64,000 bases of DNA, taken from the NCBI GenBank assembly GCA_964644075.1, contig CAZXUQ010000007.1:35-64034 (forward strand), written 5' to 3'. Position 1 is the first letter of the stretch. Each line of letters begins with the position of its first letter. Below the pieces are notes generated by a model. It was given only the letters and a program-made list of their open reading frames with translations, was not told where the DNA came from and searched no databases. Shown here piece by piece: positions 44,698 through 57,400 of this stretch. The DNA comes from an uncultured Candidatus Peribacteria bacterium. Its GTDB lineage: Bacteria > Patescibacteriota > Gracilibacteria > BD1-5 > UBA2023. Both the position numbers and the translations under genes were made by a program.

Positions 44698-46209
44698 TTA
44701 GCTCCCACGGTAGGAGAGGGCTTCGAGGATATGTTTCACTCCGACATCCTCTGATCCGTCGATATCTGCGATCGTCCGTGCCACTCGGAGGATGCGGTAG
44801 TAGACGCGTGTCGAGAGATGAAGTCGCTCTGTCGATGATATCGCGATGGCTCGGGCCTCGTCAGATATCCGAGCAAATGTCTCGATGTCTTTGTTCGACA
44901 TTTCTGCATTTCGATGGATGTGAGATCCATGAAATCGTGCTCGCTGGAGTCATCGTACATTTTCCACACGCTGTGCATACTCGAGTGTCGACCCGCCACT
45001 TCACTGCTTCTCAAGTTCACCCAGACGCACTCGAGGAACCTGGATAAAAATATCGATACGGTCAAGTATCGGTCAAGAAAGCCTCGAACGATACCGCTCG
45101 ATCGCCACACTCGTACATATACACGGCTTTTCTCGATCACCGAGAAATCCACATGGACATGGGTTCATCGCTCCGACGAGAGAAAATCTCGCGGGATATC
45201 TCGCACTCTGGTTCACTCGATTGATCGTGATCTCACCGTCCTCGAGTGGCTGGCGAAGTGTCTCGAGGATATGCTTGTCGAACTCGAGGAACTCATCGAG
45301 GAAGAGTATCCCTCGGTGTGCCAGAGAGATCTCTCCTGGTCGAGAGTCTCGACCACCACCGATGATGGATGCTTCGCTCGCTGTGTGGTGGATGATGCGA
45401 AATGGTCGCTCGCGGATGATAGGAGTATCTCTCGAGAGGAGTCACGCGACCGAGTATATGCGCGAGAGCTCGATCTGCTCCTCGATATCCATAGAGGGAA
45501 GTATCCCAGCAAGAGCCTTGGCAAGCATGGTTTTCCCACTTCATGGAGGTCACTGCATGAGGATGTTGTGTCCTCAGGCTGCCGCGATGAGGAGTGCTCG
45601 CTTCGCCTGCTCCTGTCCGTGGATCGAGGAAAAGTCCACTCACATATGACTCCGCGGGAGGCTCGACATGTCGAGTGGTGGTACTGGAGTCAGGGGCTTC
45701 TCACCAGTGAGGAGTGCGACGGCCTCACGGAGAGACTCGAGTGGGATGATATCGACATCAGGGATGACTGAGGCTTCTCGTGCGTTCTCTCTCGGGAGAA
45801 ATACTCTCCGTATCCCGATCTCACGAGCGAGTATCGTGGCAGGGAGGGCTCACTGGACTGGTCGTACTCCTCCATCGAGGGCGAGCTCTCCGAGAAAGAG
45901 GGAACTCGATAGGATAGATGCGTCGAACTCGATCTCCTTCGCGAGGATACCGAGGGCGATCGGGAGGTCATAGAGAGGTCATTTCTTCCTCTGGTCTGCT
46001 GGTGCGAGGTTCACGGTGATACGTGCTCAGCCAGGGAAGCTATATCATGAGTTCTTCACAGCGCTCCGTACACGCTCACGTGACTCCTGGATCGCAGCAT
46101 CTCCGAGTCCGACGACGGTGAATTGTCCCATCCCGGTGACGACATCGACCTCTACTTCGACGAGTTGCCCTGAGATCCCAGCGAGAGAGGTGGAAAAAAG
46201 TTTTTGCAT
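44698..46209 (-). CDS. comM: ComM/YifB family Mg-chelatase-like AAA+ protein
   Basis: 503 aa. N-terminal Lon-like domain (GLGDAAIQESRERVRSA), Walker A LMQG(TGA)PPG(TGA)SGKTMLA, GILFLDEF, C-terminal YYRILRVARTIADIDG. Frame checked line by line, only TGA interruptions. Confidence 0.93.
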
Positions 46210-46332
46210 ATACCGAGTATATCCACCAATTCTTAAATATTTCTTAAATCTCGTAAGGAATTTTTAGAAAAAGCACTTGACAGAATATGTAAAAGTATAT
46301 TATATAATTCCTTATTTGTTTTTTTACCTAAT

Positions 46333-46965
46333 ATGAGTAGTGTAAATAGTTCATCAGAAACTCTTCATCCGCTTTCCTTCAATGCTGGACCAGATAGTAC
46401 TGCAAGTGATTATAGCAATCCAGATATTCAAAAAGCATTTCTCCACCTTCCAAAAGCAGATCAGGAGGCTCTTATATGGATTCATCAGAGACAAGCAAAT
46501 ATTCTCAATAGTGCGACTCTTTTCTGACTTACCCTCGACGAGAAACAATCTATCGAGAAAGATATCACAGCACAAAAGCCAATCTGAGTTGGAGAAAGTA
46601 CTCTTGCATATGAGAAATTTTTGAAGCATATCTTTCCAGGAAAATCCGTAACATTTCCATATCTGGCCGATTATGCTGATGCAGTTAAAATCGTCGGAGA
46701 ACTGAGTAAGCTTTTTGAGAAAACAGTAAAACTCCCGAGCAAAGAACAAGCCATAGAATCCCTCAAGGGCAATAAGCACTTCACAGGTTATCGTGATGCA
46801 ATGAGTGGGGAGATCATGGAGAATGCTGAACATGGTTATGCGTGGATCTTTGGTGAGATACTTTTCGACAATGCTTTCTATTTCTGGCACAATCGCAATG
46901 GTGATTCGTATCATGGCTGGTTCAGTCCTCTCTATGGTCGCTCTGTGATCCCAGTCTTTGGATAG
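46333..46965 (+). CDS. Hypothetical cytoplasmic protein (210 aa), first gene of T4SS-like locus 2
   Basis: Two same-frame fragments joined by TGA. TTGACA box at 46277-46282 upstream. Hairpin terminator TCCCTCCG-TCC-TCGGAGGGA plus T-run downstream (about 46996-47025). Preferred over the antisense 255-aa ORF. Confidence 0.5.
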
Positions 46966-47201
46966 GTTTTGATCCGACTCTTTGACACTTTGTCTCTTTT
47001 TCCCTCCGTCCTCGGAGGGATTTTTCAAGGGCGATACTCTTGTCATGAGATAAGTATATCTTCTAAAATACTTTCGATCACAGAAATCCAGAGAAAAACT
47101 CTTTCGTGCAGTATTTCGCATTTCTGTAAAGTCGAAATACCCCTCTCTATTTGGAAGTGGGGTTGTTTTCTGGTACTATCAGAGGAGTTATCACTTTTTT
47201 C

Positions 47202-50201
47202 ATGTTTACGAGACTCATCGCATCACTCCTCATCCTCTTCGCATCACTCGACACCTATGCCATCCAGACACGTGTCGCGACCGCGAAGGAGCAGGAGAAA
47301 GGGGTATTTTCTGTCATCTGGGATACTATCCTCTACATCGCAGAAAACATCGTCACGATCACTCTTTTTATCCTCATTGCATGGATGTTTCTCCGCGTCA
47401 TGCGCCTCGCCTATGAGGTTCTCATGGCCAATCGTCTCGTCTATCTCAAGGTCACACTTCCACGTGCCGACTCCAAGCTCGACAAGGAACGTGAGACAAA
47501 AAAAGATTTCAAAGAAAAGGTCGGTATCATGTCGGTATTTTATAAATCGGTTCACAACCTCACACAGGCAAGTGCTTTCGATACGCTCATGAATTTTATT
47601 TTTCGCCATGCGAAGATTTCTCTCGAGCTCATGTACCATGATGGGCAGGTGCATTTTTATGCTGTCGGATACAAGGAACACCTCTCCCTCGTCGTCCAGC
47701 AGATCACCTCGAACTATCCAGACGCTGAGGTCAGAGTCATCGCAAAAAAAGACTTCCCAGAGATCAAGCCACTCGGTTTTACCCTCCAGGCAGCATCCAT
47801 CTCCAAGGAAAATGACGATATCTATCCGATCAAGACGTATAAATATTTCGAAGATGACCCACTTTCGACTTTTACCAATAATTTTTGATCACTCAAAAAA
47901 ACCGACGTCGCATCGATCCAGCTCGTCGTGAAACCACTCGGTCACTCGTGGAACCGCAAGGCAAAAAAAGCTGCCTGACTCGTGGCGAAATGAGAATACA
48001 AAAAAGGGATAAAATCAGGACTGATCGCCATGATATTTAAATGAATTACTGCGCCGATCTCATGGCTCCTCTACCGATTTATCAAAAACGAAGAAACCTC
48101 TACCAATGCTCCAGGTGCGAGCGGGGGAGACTCGTACAAGATATTTAACCAAGCAGAAACTGAGGCACAAAAGATGGTCGGTGAGTCTGCGGGTCAGCCA
48201 GGATTTGCTGCATCTATGCGTATCCTCGTCTCCTCAGATACAGGAGCATCAGCTCGTAGTGCTCTCCAGAACCTCGTCGCTGCTACCTCGATATTTACCG
48301 ACGAGTACAACAACCGTCTCGGAAACCCACAGATGGTCGAGGATCCACTCAGGTTTATCTTCACGCCACTCCGGTATTTCGCGTATCGATTTCGCTTGGT
48401 GTGAGTATTTCAGTGAGTGAGCAATTTCTCCTGTGATGAACTCTCGACGCTCTATCACTTCCCCGATATCAACTATAATAAATCTCCGATCATCTCGTGG
48501 CTCGAGTATAAGATGCTCGCTCCTCCAGCAAATCTCAAGTTCCCGAAAGAACCACTGATCATGAAGGACTACAAGCGTGACAAAGACGGTCATATCTATA
48601 CTGAGGATGGCTCGCTCCTCCAGGTCGATAAAAATAAAAATCTCCTGCGAAATGCCGACAAAGACCTCATCGCTCTCGATGGGACTGTCATCCCAGTTGC
48701 CAAAGAGTGAGAAGCGATCTGACGCCCTCTCGAAAGTGGAAAAACACCAGTTCAGATCGATGAACAGAGAAAACTCCAGGGATTTTCTCTCTACAAAGAT
48801 GGGGTCCTCATGGGATGGAACGAATACCGAAATGTGAAAACTCCCGTGTACTTCTCTAAAAAAGATCGAGGACGTCATCACTATATCATCGGTAAATCTG
48901 GATGAGGAAAGTCAGTATTCATCGGATACCTCGCGCGTCAGGATCTCTGGGCAGGTGAGGGACTCGGTGTCATCGACCCGCATGGTGATCTCGTGGAGGA
49001 TATCGTCGCATTCACACCAAAAGAACGTGCGAAAGACATGATCATATTTGACCCAGCAGATTACGAGCGTCCTATGGGGCTCAATATGCTCGACCTCATC
49101 TCGACGGATCCAAACCTCCGCACGATAGAAAAAGACCGAGCCGCGCTCGACGCGACATCGATATTTATCAAGATGTATGGAGATGAAATATTTGGACCTC
49201 GTATCCAACACTACTTCCGCAATGGATGTCTCACGCTCATGGATGACGATGAAGATGGTGGAACTCTTATCGATGTACCACGACTCTTTGTGGATGAAGG
49301 ATTTATGAAATATAAAGTTTCAAAGGTAAAGAATGTCATGGTAAAAGCATTTTGGGAACATGAATATGCACAGACGGGTGATCGAGAAAAACAGGAAATG
49401 ATCCCATTTTTCTCAGCAAAATTTGGACCATTTATCACCAACGCGACCATGCGAAATATCATCGGTCAGACAAAATCAGCGTTTAACCTGCGTCAAGTGA
49501 TGGACGAACAAAAAGTCCTCATGGTAAACCTCTCAAAAGGAAAAATCGGTGACCTCAATGCCCAACTCCTCGGTCTCATCATGGTCTCAAAGATCAATAT
49601 GGCTGCGATGTCGCGCGCTGATATGCCAGAGGACCAGAGAAAAGACTTTTTCCTCTATGTCGATGAGTTTCAAAACTTCGCAACCGATACCTTCGGTGAG
49701 ATCCTCTCCGAGGCTCGTAAATATCGACTTGCTCTCATCATGGCGCATCAGTTTATCGCACAGATCGGCGGGTCCTGAGATAAGCAAGGAAAATGAGGAA
49801 AGCCATCGATCAAGGATGCTGTCTTTGGAAACGCCGGTACGATCATGTCGTTCAAAGTCGGTGCTGAAGATGCAGAGTACCTCGAAAAAGAGTACGCCCC
49901 AATGCTCTCACAGCAGGACATCATCGGGATCGCGAACTTTACAACCTACTGTAAACTCAATATCGATAACGCGACCACTCGACCATTTGACCTCAAGACA
50001 ATCTGGGATAACACGTATAAAAACGCAGAAGTATCGAAAATCATCAAAGAATACTCTCGAAAAATGTATGGTCGTAAAAAAGAATACGTCGATATGGAGA
50101 TCGAGGCTCGTATGTGAGTCCTCAAAGACGATCCTATCGAAGAAAATAATGGACAATCAACCTCAACAGAAATAACGCCTTCTACAGAACCACCATCATA
50201 G
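47202..50201 (+). CDS. VirD4/TraD-type coupling-protein-like ATPase, paralog 3 (about 999 aa, with extra insertions)
   Basis: Six same-frame fragments joined by TGA. Signal/TM N-terminus. Motifs IIGKSG(TGA)GGKSV, DPHGDL, GLNMLD, FLYVDEFQNF, SEARKYRLAL, GNAGTIMSFKVG. Collinear with paralog 2, for example GDEIFGPRIQHYFRNGCLTL. Confidence 0.8.
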
Positions 50202-50358
50202 TTTTTCTTTTGTCATCCTGGAGGGATCCCTTTCAAAACGATAGAAAAGAGTGTTACTAACCAAAATCTCTTAAGCAAATGAAAAAGCTATTCCTCTGCT
50301 CCGTTCCACTTCGCGACGGAATGACAAAATTACAATAGTTTGAATCTTTACTTCTTCC

Positions 50359-51570
50359 ATGCTTCATAAGATCCTCCCTGTCATCATCGCTCTCCTCGTC
50401 GTCCTCGATAGTTATATTATCGCAGGATTTTGAGGAAGTGGACCGTTTGTTTCTATGATACAGAGTTGGACACCGTTTGTTTTTGGATCGATCGTCGTCG
50501 CGCAGATCCCACTGCTCTACTTCGTCGTGTATAAGGCGTACATCTGACCAGTCCAGCACCTCAATCAAAGTATCGCCAAGTTTATGACTGGTATCGATGA
50601 GGAGCCCGATCTCGAGCAAAATAGCTGGAGCAAGGGGATGAACTATATCATCGGATTTTTCGTAAAGAGTCTCCAGATTTTGAAGGTGTTCAAACAGGAG
50701 CTCCGAGATGGACGCAAGCTCCGATCTGAGGTCGAGATCGCGAGTGAAATCCAGAAACATGTCATGGCAGATGAATCGACCGTCATCCCATCGCTTGAGA
50801 TCGCCCTCGCGAGTGCTCCTGCGAGCGAAGTCGGAGGAGACTCACTCGATATCATCCCAGGAAAAAATGGAAACTACTACATCTATATCGGTGATGTGAC
50901 GGGACATGGCGTCCCGAGCGGGTTCGTCATGATGATGGTGAACGCACTGGTATCAGCATTCGTCTCGGGAGAAGAAAGTAGTGCTCGAGTGCTCTCCGAG
51001 ACCAACCGCATCCTCAAGCCTCGTATCAAGCAAAATATGATGATGACTTGTGTGATGCTCAGATGGAACGAGACGACAAAATCTCTCTACTATACCTGAG
51101 GTGGTCACGAATATCTCCTCGTCTATAAAGCAAAAGAAAATAAAGTCTATAAAATAAAATCCTGATGAGTGGCTATCGGAATGGTCCGTGATGCGTCCAA
51201 GGCACTCATCGAACAGCAGATCCTCTTCGAAAAAGATGATGTCATCATCCTCTATACTGATGGTATTACCGAGGCTCGTTACCGCAGTGAGCAAAATTGA
51301 CTTCTTTTCGGAATCGATAGAATAGTCGAGTCCATCATGAAGGTCCAGACGAAATCCTCAGAGAATATCTTCCGTCAGATCACTATCGATCTCTCCTCAT
51401 TTATGGGCTACAAACACAAACAGTATGATGATATCACACTTTTCGTAGCACGAAATGTCGGATCCTGAGGTATCACGCTCGGTAAGATCCCACAAATGAT
51501 CAATCCGACCAATATCACAGAATGGAACTGGTGAGTACAACAGAAAACCGATGAACCGATCATTCAATAA
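50359..51570 (+). CDS. Membrane-anchored PP2C/SpoIIE-type serine/threonine phosphatase
   Basis: Two N-terminal TM helices and a linker, then the PPM motifs EIQKHVMA, EVGGDSLDI, IGDVTGHGVPSGFVMMM, LYTDGITEA, DDITLFV. Confidence 0.75.
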
Positions 51571-51584
51571 TATTTCTTTTCCCT

Positions 51585-53558
51585 ATGGCGGTACCCTCTC
51601 TCGCAGATCTCGTAAAAATAAACTACACTGGCGATGTCGAATGACTCGAATCAGGAGTAGTGAATTTCGTCGGCTCAGATGGTATCTCTCAGGGTGCCTC
51701 TCTTGCCAACCCTGCTGATATCACACCACTTCCTCCTCCTTCGCCAGTTTCGCCAACTTCGACACCTTCGCCAAAAATCCCACTCGATCTCGATGATCCT
51801 GACCGCAAGCTCACCAAAGAAGAAGCTCTCGAACTCAAAGAAGCAGAAAAAGAATATAAAGAAGCTCTCGCCTACGTCAAAGACATGATCGCTCCTGCGA
51901 TGATGCGCATTGACGCGACCAAACTCCAGATCGGAGATACCTATGTACGTACGATCTTTACCTATGCCTATCCTGATGTTCTCGAGTGAAATTGGCTCTC
52001 ACCGCTCATCAACTGGGATGTGAAGTGTGATGTGTCGATGTTTATCTATCCAGTAGACTCTGCTCGAGTCATGCGCTACCTCCGTAAGCGTCTCACCCAG
52101 CTACGGTCTCAGTACTCGATCAACCGTGAGAAATGACTCATCTCTGATCCGCACCTCGATGCGCAGATGCAAGATGTCGAAGAACTCCAGGTATCACTCA
52201 CGCGTGGTCAGGAGAAATATTTCCACTTCTCACTCTATATCACGACGTATGCAGAGAGTGAAGAGGAGATGAAGCGACTCTCCAATACCCTCGATGTCAT
52301 GCTCGCAGGACGAAACATCCTCACAAAGCAGGCATTTCTGCGTGCTGAGCAAGGATTTGTCGCGACGGGTCCATTTGCTCGAGACGAGGTCAATGTATTT
52401 CGAAATATTTCGACGAAGGGGCTCTCGACGACATTTCCATTTTCCTCGAATTCACTCTCTCAGGATGATGGGATATTCTACGGGATCAATACGCACAATA
52501 ACTCTCTCATCATCTTCGATCGGTTCAAGACAGAAAATGCAAATATGTGTGTCTTCGCGAAGTCAGGATGAGGAAAGTCGTTTGCTGTAAAACTCGAAAT
52601 CCTGCGCGCTCTCATGCTCGGAACGGATGTGATCGTCCTCGATCCAGAAAATGAGTACCGCGCCCTCGTCGATACAGTCGGTGGAACCTACCTCAATATC
52701 AATCTCAACTCAGATGAACGTATCAATCCGTTCGACCTCCCACGATCACTCAAAGATACCGACACACATCCTGGAGATCTGCTACGAGGTGCTGTGGTGA
52801 ATATGATCGGTCTCCTTCACCTCATGCTCGGTGAGATCACGCCAGGTGAAGAGGCGATCCTCGAACGCGCCCTCATCACGACCTACTCGCTCAAAGGGAT
52901 CACGATGGAAGATGACTCGATCGAAAACAAAGAAATCCCACTTATGAAAGATTTCGTCTCCGTCCTCGAGACGATGGATGGTGCGAAGGGCCTCGTCGAG
53001 CGCCTTGATAAATATGTAAATGGAGTGTTTGCCTGAGTGTTCTCTCAGTCGACCAATGTCGATCTCAAGGAAGGCCTCGTCGTCTTCTCAGTACGTGATC
53101 TCGATGAGATCCTCCGACCGATCGCTATGTACATCCTCCTCAACTATGTATGGAACGTCGCTCGTTCGAGTGAAAAAAAGCGAATGCTTGTCGTGGATGA
53201 AGCGTGGAATATTATGCAGTATGAGGACTCAGCAAAATTCCTCTTCGGACTCGTGAAACGTGCTCGTAAGTATGGACTCGGTGTCACGACGATCACACAG
53301 GATGTCGAGGATTTCATGCAGAACCAATATGGAAAAGCTATCGTGACGAACTCATCGATCCAACTGCTCCTCAAACAATCACCAGCCTCTATCGATATCC
53401 TGCAGGATATATTTAAGCTTACCGAACAAGAAAAATATATCCTCCTCAATGCCTCTGTCGGTACAGGACTCTTTTTTGCCTGAGGAGAACATGTGGGTAT
53501 CCAGATCCTCGCATCGTATTTCGAAGAGAAGATCATCACGACCAAGCCAGCAGTATAG
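51585..53558 (+). CDS. virB4: VirB4/TraC/CagE-type type IV secretion ATPase
   Basis: Four same-frame fragments joined by TGA. Walker A VFAKSGG(TGA)GKSFAVK, VVLDPENEY, Walker B MLVVDEAWNIM, RKYGLGVTTITQDVEDF, LLLKQSP. Proline-rich N-terminal linker. Confidence 0.85.
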
Positions 53559-53680
53559 AAAATATATAGAAATAGAAAAAACGTAAAAGTCTCTCCTAAT
53601 ATGAGAGATTTTTTATTATTTTTTTGTTTATCATTCGAAAGTATGCGACACTATATGTACATTATTTTTTATTAGTACGT

Positions 53681-54343
53681 ATGAAATCTCTCGTCTCCCT
53701 CCTTGCCCTCGTCTCCCTCACTACCCTCACCCTCAGTGCCTCCCTCGTCTCTGCTTCTCAGATCGGTACCGGTACCGTTGTCGGAAGTGGTGCCCTCACA
53801 GCTCCAATTAACTGGAACGATACATTCGTCTCTTCCTCTGCCTCTGGTAGTATCAATGGTATCGTCGTCACAGGTCGTATCCTCCCAACACTCAATATGA
53901 CGATTTCTGGATCTGGTACGATCGCTCTCGGTAACCTCTCCAGTGCAGCAGCTTCTACTGGTTCAGTCAGTATCGAAATCGGTACAAATGCTATCAATGG
54001 AGCCTCAGTAACAGCACGTTCTACGAACGCTGGTATGACCAATACCTCTTCTGGTGCTATCGTTATCAACAGCCTTTCTGCAGATGGATTTGCAGATAGC
54101 TATAAATTCGTATCATCAGCAGCAGCCACAGACTCTACTGCTCCTGGATTCTCTCAGACAGCAGCACTCAATACAGAAGTCAACAACAACACTACCAACC
54201 ATGCAGTCTATAGCTGTACTCGTCCTCAGCCACTCACTGGTGTCGATGACATCACTTTCTCTGTCGTCGCACAACCAAATGCACAGACTCCAGCAGGGGA
54301 TTACCGAGATGTTGTCGTTATTACGGTAAGTGGGAACTTCTAA
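53681..54343 (+). CDS. Small secreted Ser/Thr/Ala-rich beta-type protein (possible fibre or pilin-like subunit)
   Basis: Signal peptide MKSLVSLLALVSLTTLTLSASLVSA. C-terminal AGDYRDVVVITVSGNF resembles the terminal strand of fimbrial/SCPU-type subunits. No TGA and no sorting signal. Confidence 0.55.
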   Translation: MKSLVSLLALVSLTTLTLSASLVSASQIGTGTVVGSGALTAPINWNDTFVSSSASGSINGIVVTGRILPTLNMTISGSGTIALGNLSSAAASTGSVSIEIGTNAINGASVTARSTNAGMTNTSSGAIVINSLSADGFADSYKFVSSAAATDSTAPGFSQTAALNTEVNNNTTNHAVYSCTRPQPLTGVDDITFSVVAQPNAQTPAGDYRDVVVITVSGNF

Positions 54344-54362
54344 TATAGTATCTGTCAATCCA

Positions 54363-54391
54363 AAAACCTGAGAATTTCTCAGGTTTTTTTG
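54363..54391 (+). terminator. Intrinsic terminator
   Basis: AACCTGAGA-ATT-TCTCAGGTT plus a T-run. Confidence 0.75.
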
Positions 54392-54438
54392 CAGAAAAAT
54401 ATATAGATATGATAGTCTAAGGATATAACTATTTTTCT

Positions 54439-57400
54439 ATGTCTTCTCTTACGCAAAAATCTCTCTCTGGACTTCTCGCCTTTGTCCTCAGCTTCGAGTC
54501 GATCATCTCGATCGCTCTTATTTCATCTGTCTCACTTGCGAGTGTAGAGACGACATTTGCTACCCCGAGCTCCTACTCGAAAAAAGCCTATCTCCAGGTA
54601 GCACCGAGCACACTATGAGCGAGTCTCGATCCATCGACAGGGAACTGGTATATGGATACTCCGACTTCCTCAGTCTCTTCTGGTCAGACATACCGATATG
54701 TCCTCGATATGTCGAGCGCGAGTGATGATATGCCGAACTATGATGTCGCGGTCAGTGACTATCTCGCACTCGGGCATACTGGTGTGACTTCACCACGCGT
54801 TCCGACAGCATCGGGATGGGCAGTTCTCGGTACTCCGACTGTCGGCACTCCGACAACGATCGCAAGCTGGACACATGCGAGTGGAGCGGTGCGAAATGTC
54901 ACAGACTCATGAGTACTTCAGTGGGTCGGTGGGCAAAATAAACAAGCTGGAAACCTGAGCGTCACGACACCACATCAAGCAAATCCCCTTACTCTTACGG
55001 GTATCCAGTCTCTTGCAGGACTTGACTCGAGCACGACCGATGGGTTCACCTCTCAGACACTCATAAACGGAAGTGGTGATGTAGTGATCTTTTCCGTCAG
55101 CCATAATAATAGTATCCTCATCCGAGCCGCTAATATGACGAATGGTGTCTATACATCGACACCTTTTCTTTCCGGAACTGGATATACATCGGAAAATAAT
55201 GGCATCATCCTCCAAGATACGACCAATAGGGACAAAATATATATCCTTAGACATGACAATGTATACACCTGTTATGACATTTCTCGAAACCCTTCTCATG
55301 CAGTTACAACTTGTACTCCAGCGACGTTCACTGTCTCTCCTGTCTCATTCTCTCCTCGCACAAGTAGTGGAGCGTGGCTCCCTTCCTCTACAGCTTTCGC
55401 GATCGTCGCAGACCGACTCTATGCCTGAGTTCTCGGCACTGATGGAGATACCTACTTGACTTGTACGACGACAGCATGATCTCACTGTGGTGAGTGGCGT
55501 GTCGGTACGGGGACAGATTTTGGGACATCGTTTCATAAACACTCGACACAGCTCACGACCGAGAAATTTGCTTTCGCACTTTCGAATGGACTCCAATACT
55601 GTATCCGAGAAGTCGCATCTGGGTCACTCGCTCTCTGTGATGGAACAGCACTTCCACCGACTGGAGCGGATATCACATCTTTCGCGAGAAATATAGGAAC
55701 AGCGGGAGGACTTTTTTACCCGCCTCCAGGAGATCCTGTAAGACTCGGATGGACGGTCTTTCCTCGCGTCGAAAACGGAAGCACGACGGGATACTGTTAT
55801 AGTGACAAGACAGCATCATATATCGGGAATGCTTCTGTCTGTCGAGATCTTTCGGATGCCCTGGTTCCGACCGATAGTCCTGCGGGTCCAAACTTCCACA
55901 ACGTCGTCTGAGTGATCCCATGAAGCTCTCGTGTTCTCATCAACCATAGTTCCACTTCAGGATATTTCGGTCCTCTTCCGACGTGTTATGACTTCTCTAC
56001 TCATAGTACTTGTGGAAATACAGTCAACTGGAGACAAGACGAATATGGAGGATCATTTATCTCACCGACCTGTTATGTCACGATGGATGATGGTGCTGCT
56101 TATGGAAATATCAGCTCGTTTGCTCTCTATCGGTACTCGACTGGAGCAGTAGGAGAGCCACTCATGACGAGACTCGGTACTCCTATCGGGACACTTACGG
56201 GCGAACTCTACCACAATGGTTCTGGGTATTTGCCAACAGGAAATATGGTAACCAACGAATATAGCTACTCTCAGTCTGATGTCGATGCATGTAACGCAGG
56301 ATGAGCTCTCGATATCCCCGATCCAAGTCCGACGACTACTACCGTTACCGTCAAAACCCAAGATCCTCTCGGCGTCAATACCTGTGCTCCTGGTCCTGAG
56401 ACGATAAGTTGGGATATGCTTACCATCAGTGCGTTGCCTCTAGGATATACGAGTGCCACAGGAACCATCCTGGATATGAGTGGAAATATTATCGTCGAAT
56501 ATTCATTTTCTCCACTGACAGGACTCACCCAAAATATCACTGCCCAAGTACCCTATGCGAGTTACCCACAGTTTCAGGTGCGACTCGATATCCTCGGAAC
56601 AGGCAGTAGCCTCTCAGGAACGATCATCGCTCTTACTCACACATCGAGTAAGTGAGGTCCTCAGATTTGTTATGATGCGACGGTTACTCAGGCGATGTGT
56701 GACACTCCTCACCCTGTCTCATCTGGTCCACTTGACCCTCTCGATCCGTGGATCGGATCTGGTACCTGGAGTCCAAATATGTTTCGCAGTGTGAGCTCCT
56801 TCAGCGGACTCACAACAAGCACACCGATCATCCTCACTTCTGATGGGACCACTCCAGTATGAGTATCGTGTGCTCCTGTAGAAGTCGGCGGCAATCTCTG
56901 GTACGATGCCGACCACGATGGTATCCAGGATGCGAGTGAGATATTTTTCTCTGGTGCTGCTATCCGCCTCCTCGATCCTCTCGGAAATACGGTCGCGAGT
57001 GGTACAACTGACGCGAGCGGTGGGTATCTGTTTTCCAATATTTCTGGGACCAATACTCTATCAAATATCTACAACCTCTTCCTCCCATCGAGTGCGACGG
57101 GATATAGTATCGTGATCGATAACAGCGCCTGGGCATCTACAGGAGTACTCTTTGGATATACTCCGACCTCATCTCTTCAGTGAGGTGACCGGACTCTCGA
57201 CTCCGACCTCACCACGCTTTCTGGGGGAGTGATGGGTACACCTCTCACGCTTCCCGCCGCTGGGTCATCGGATCTCACGTATGATTTCTGAGTATTTCCC
57301 GATATCGAAATCGGAGATCGTGTCTGGAACGACATCAATGCAAATGGGATCCAGGATGGTGGGGAAAATAGTATCATGAACGCGACGGTAGAACTCCTCG

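Noticed and set aside
44914-45771. 285-aa plus-strand ORF
   Set aside because: It is a same-phase antisense shadow of comM, whose Walker A/B and C-terminal motifs are unambiguous on the minus strand.
46354-47121. 255-aa minus-strand ORF with no stop of any kind
   Set aside because: It overlaps the plus-strand gene 46333-46965, which has a TTGACA-type promoter, a terminator hairpin and a more protein-like sequence. The minus ORF is Cys/Trp/Phe/Ile-rich and runs through the terminator hairpin. The rejection is only moderately confident.
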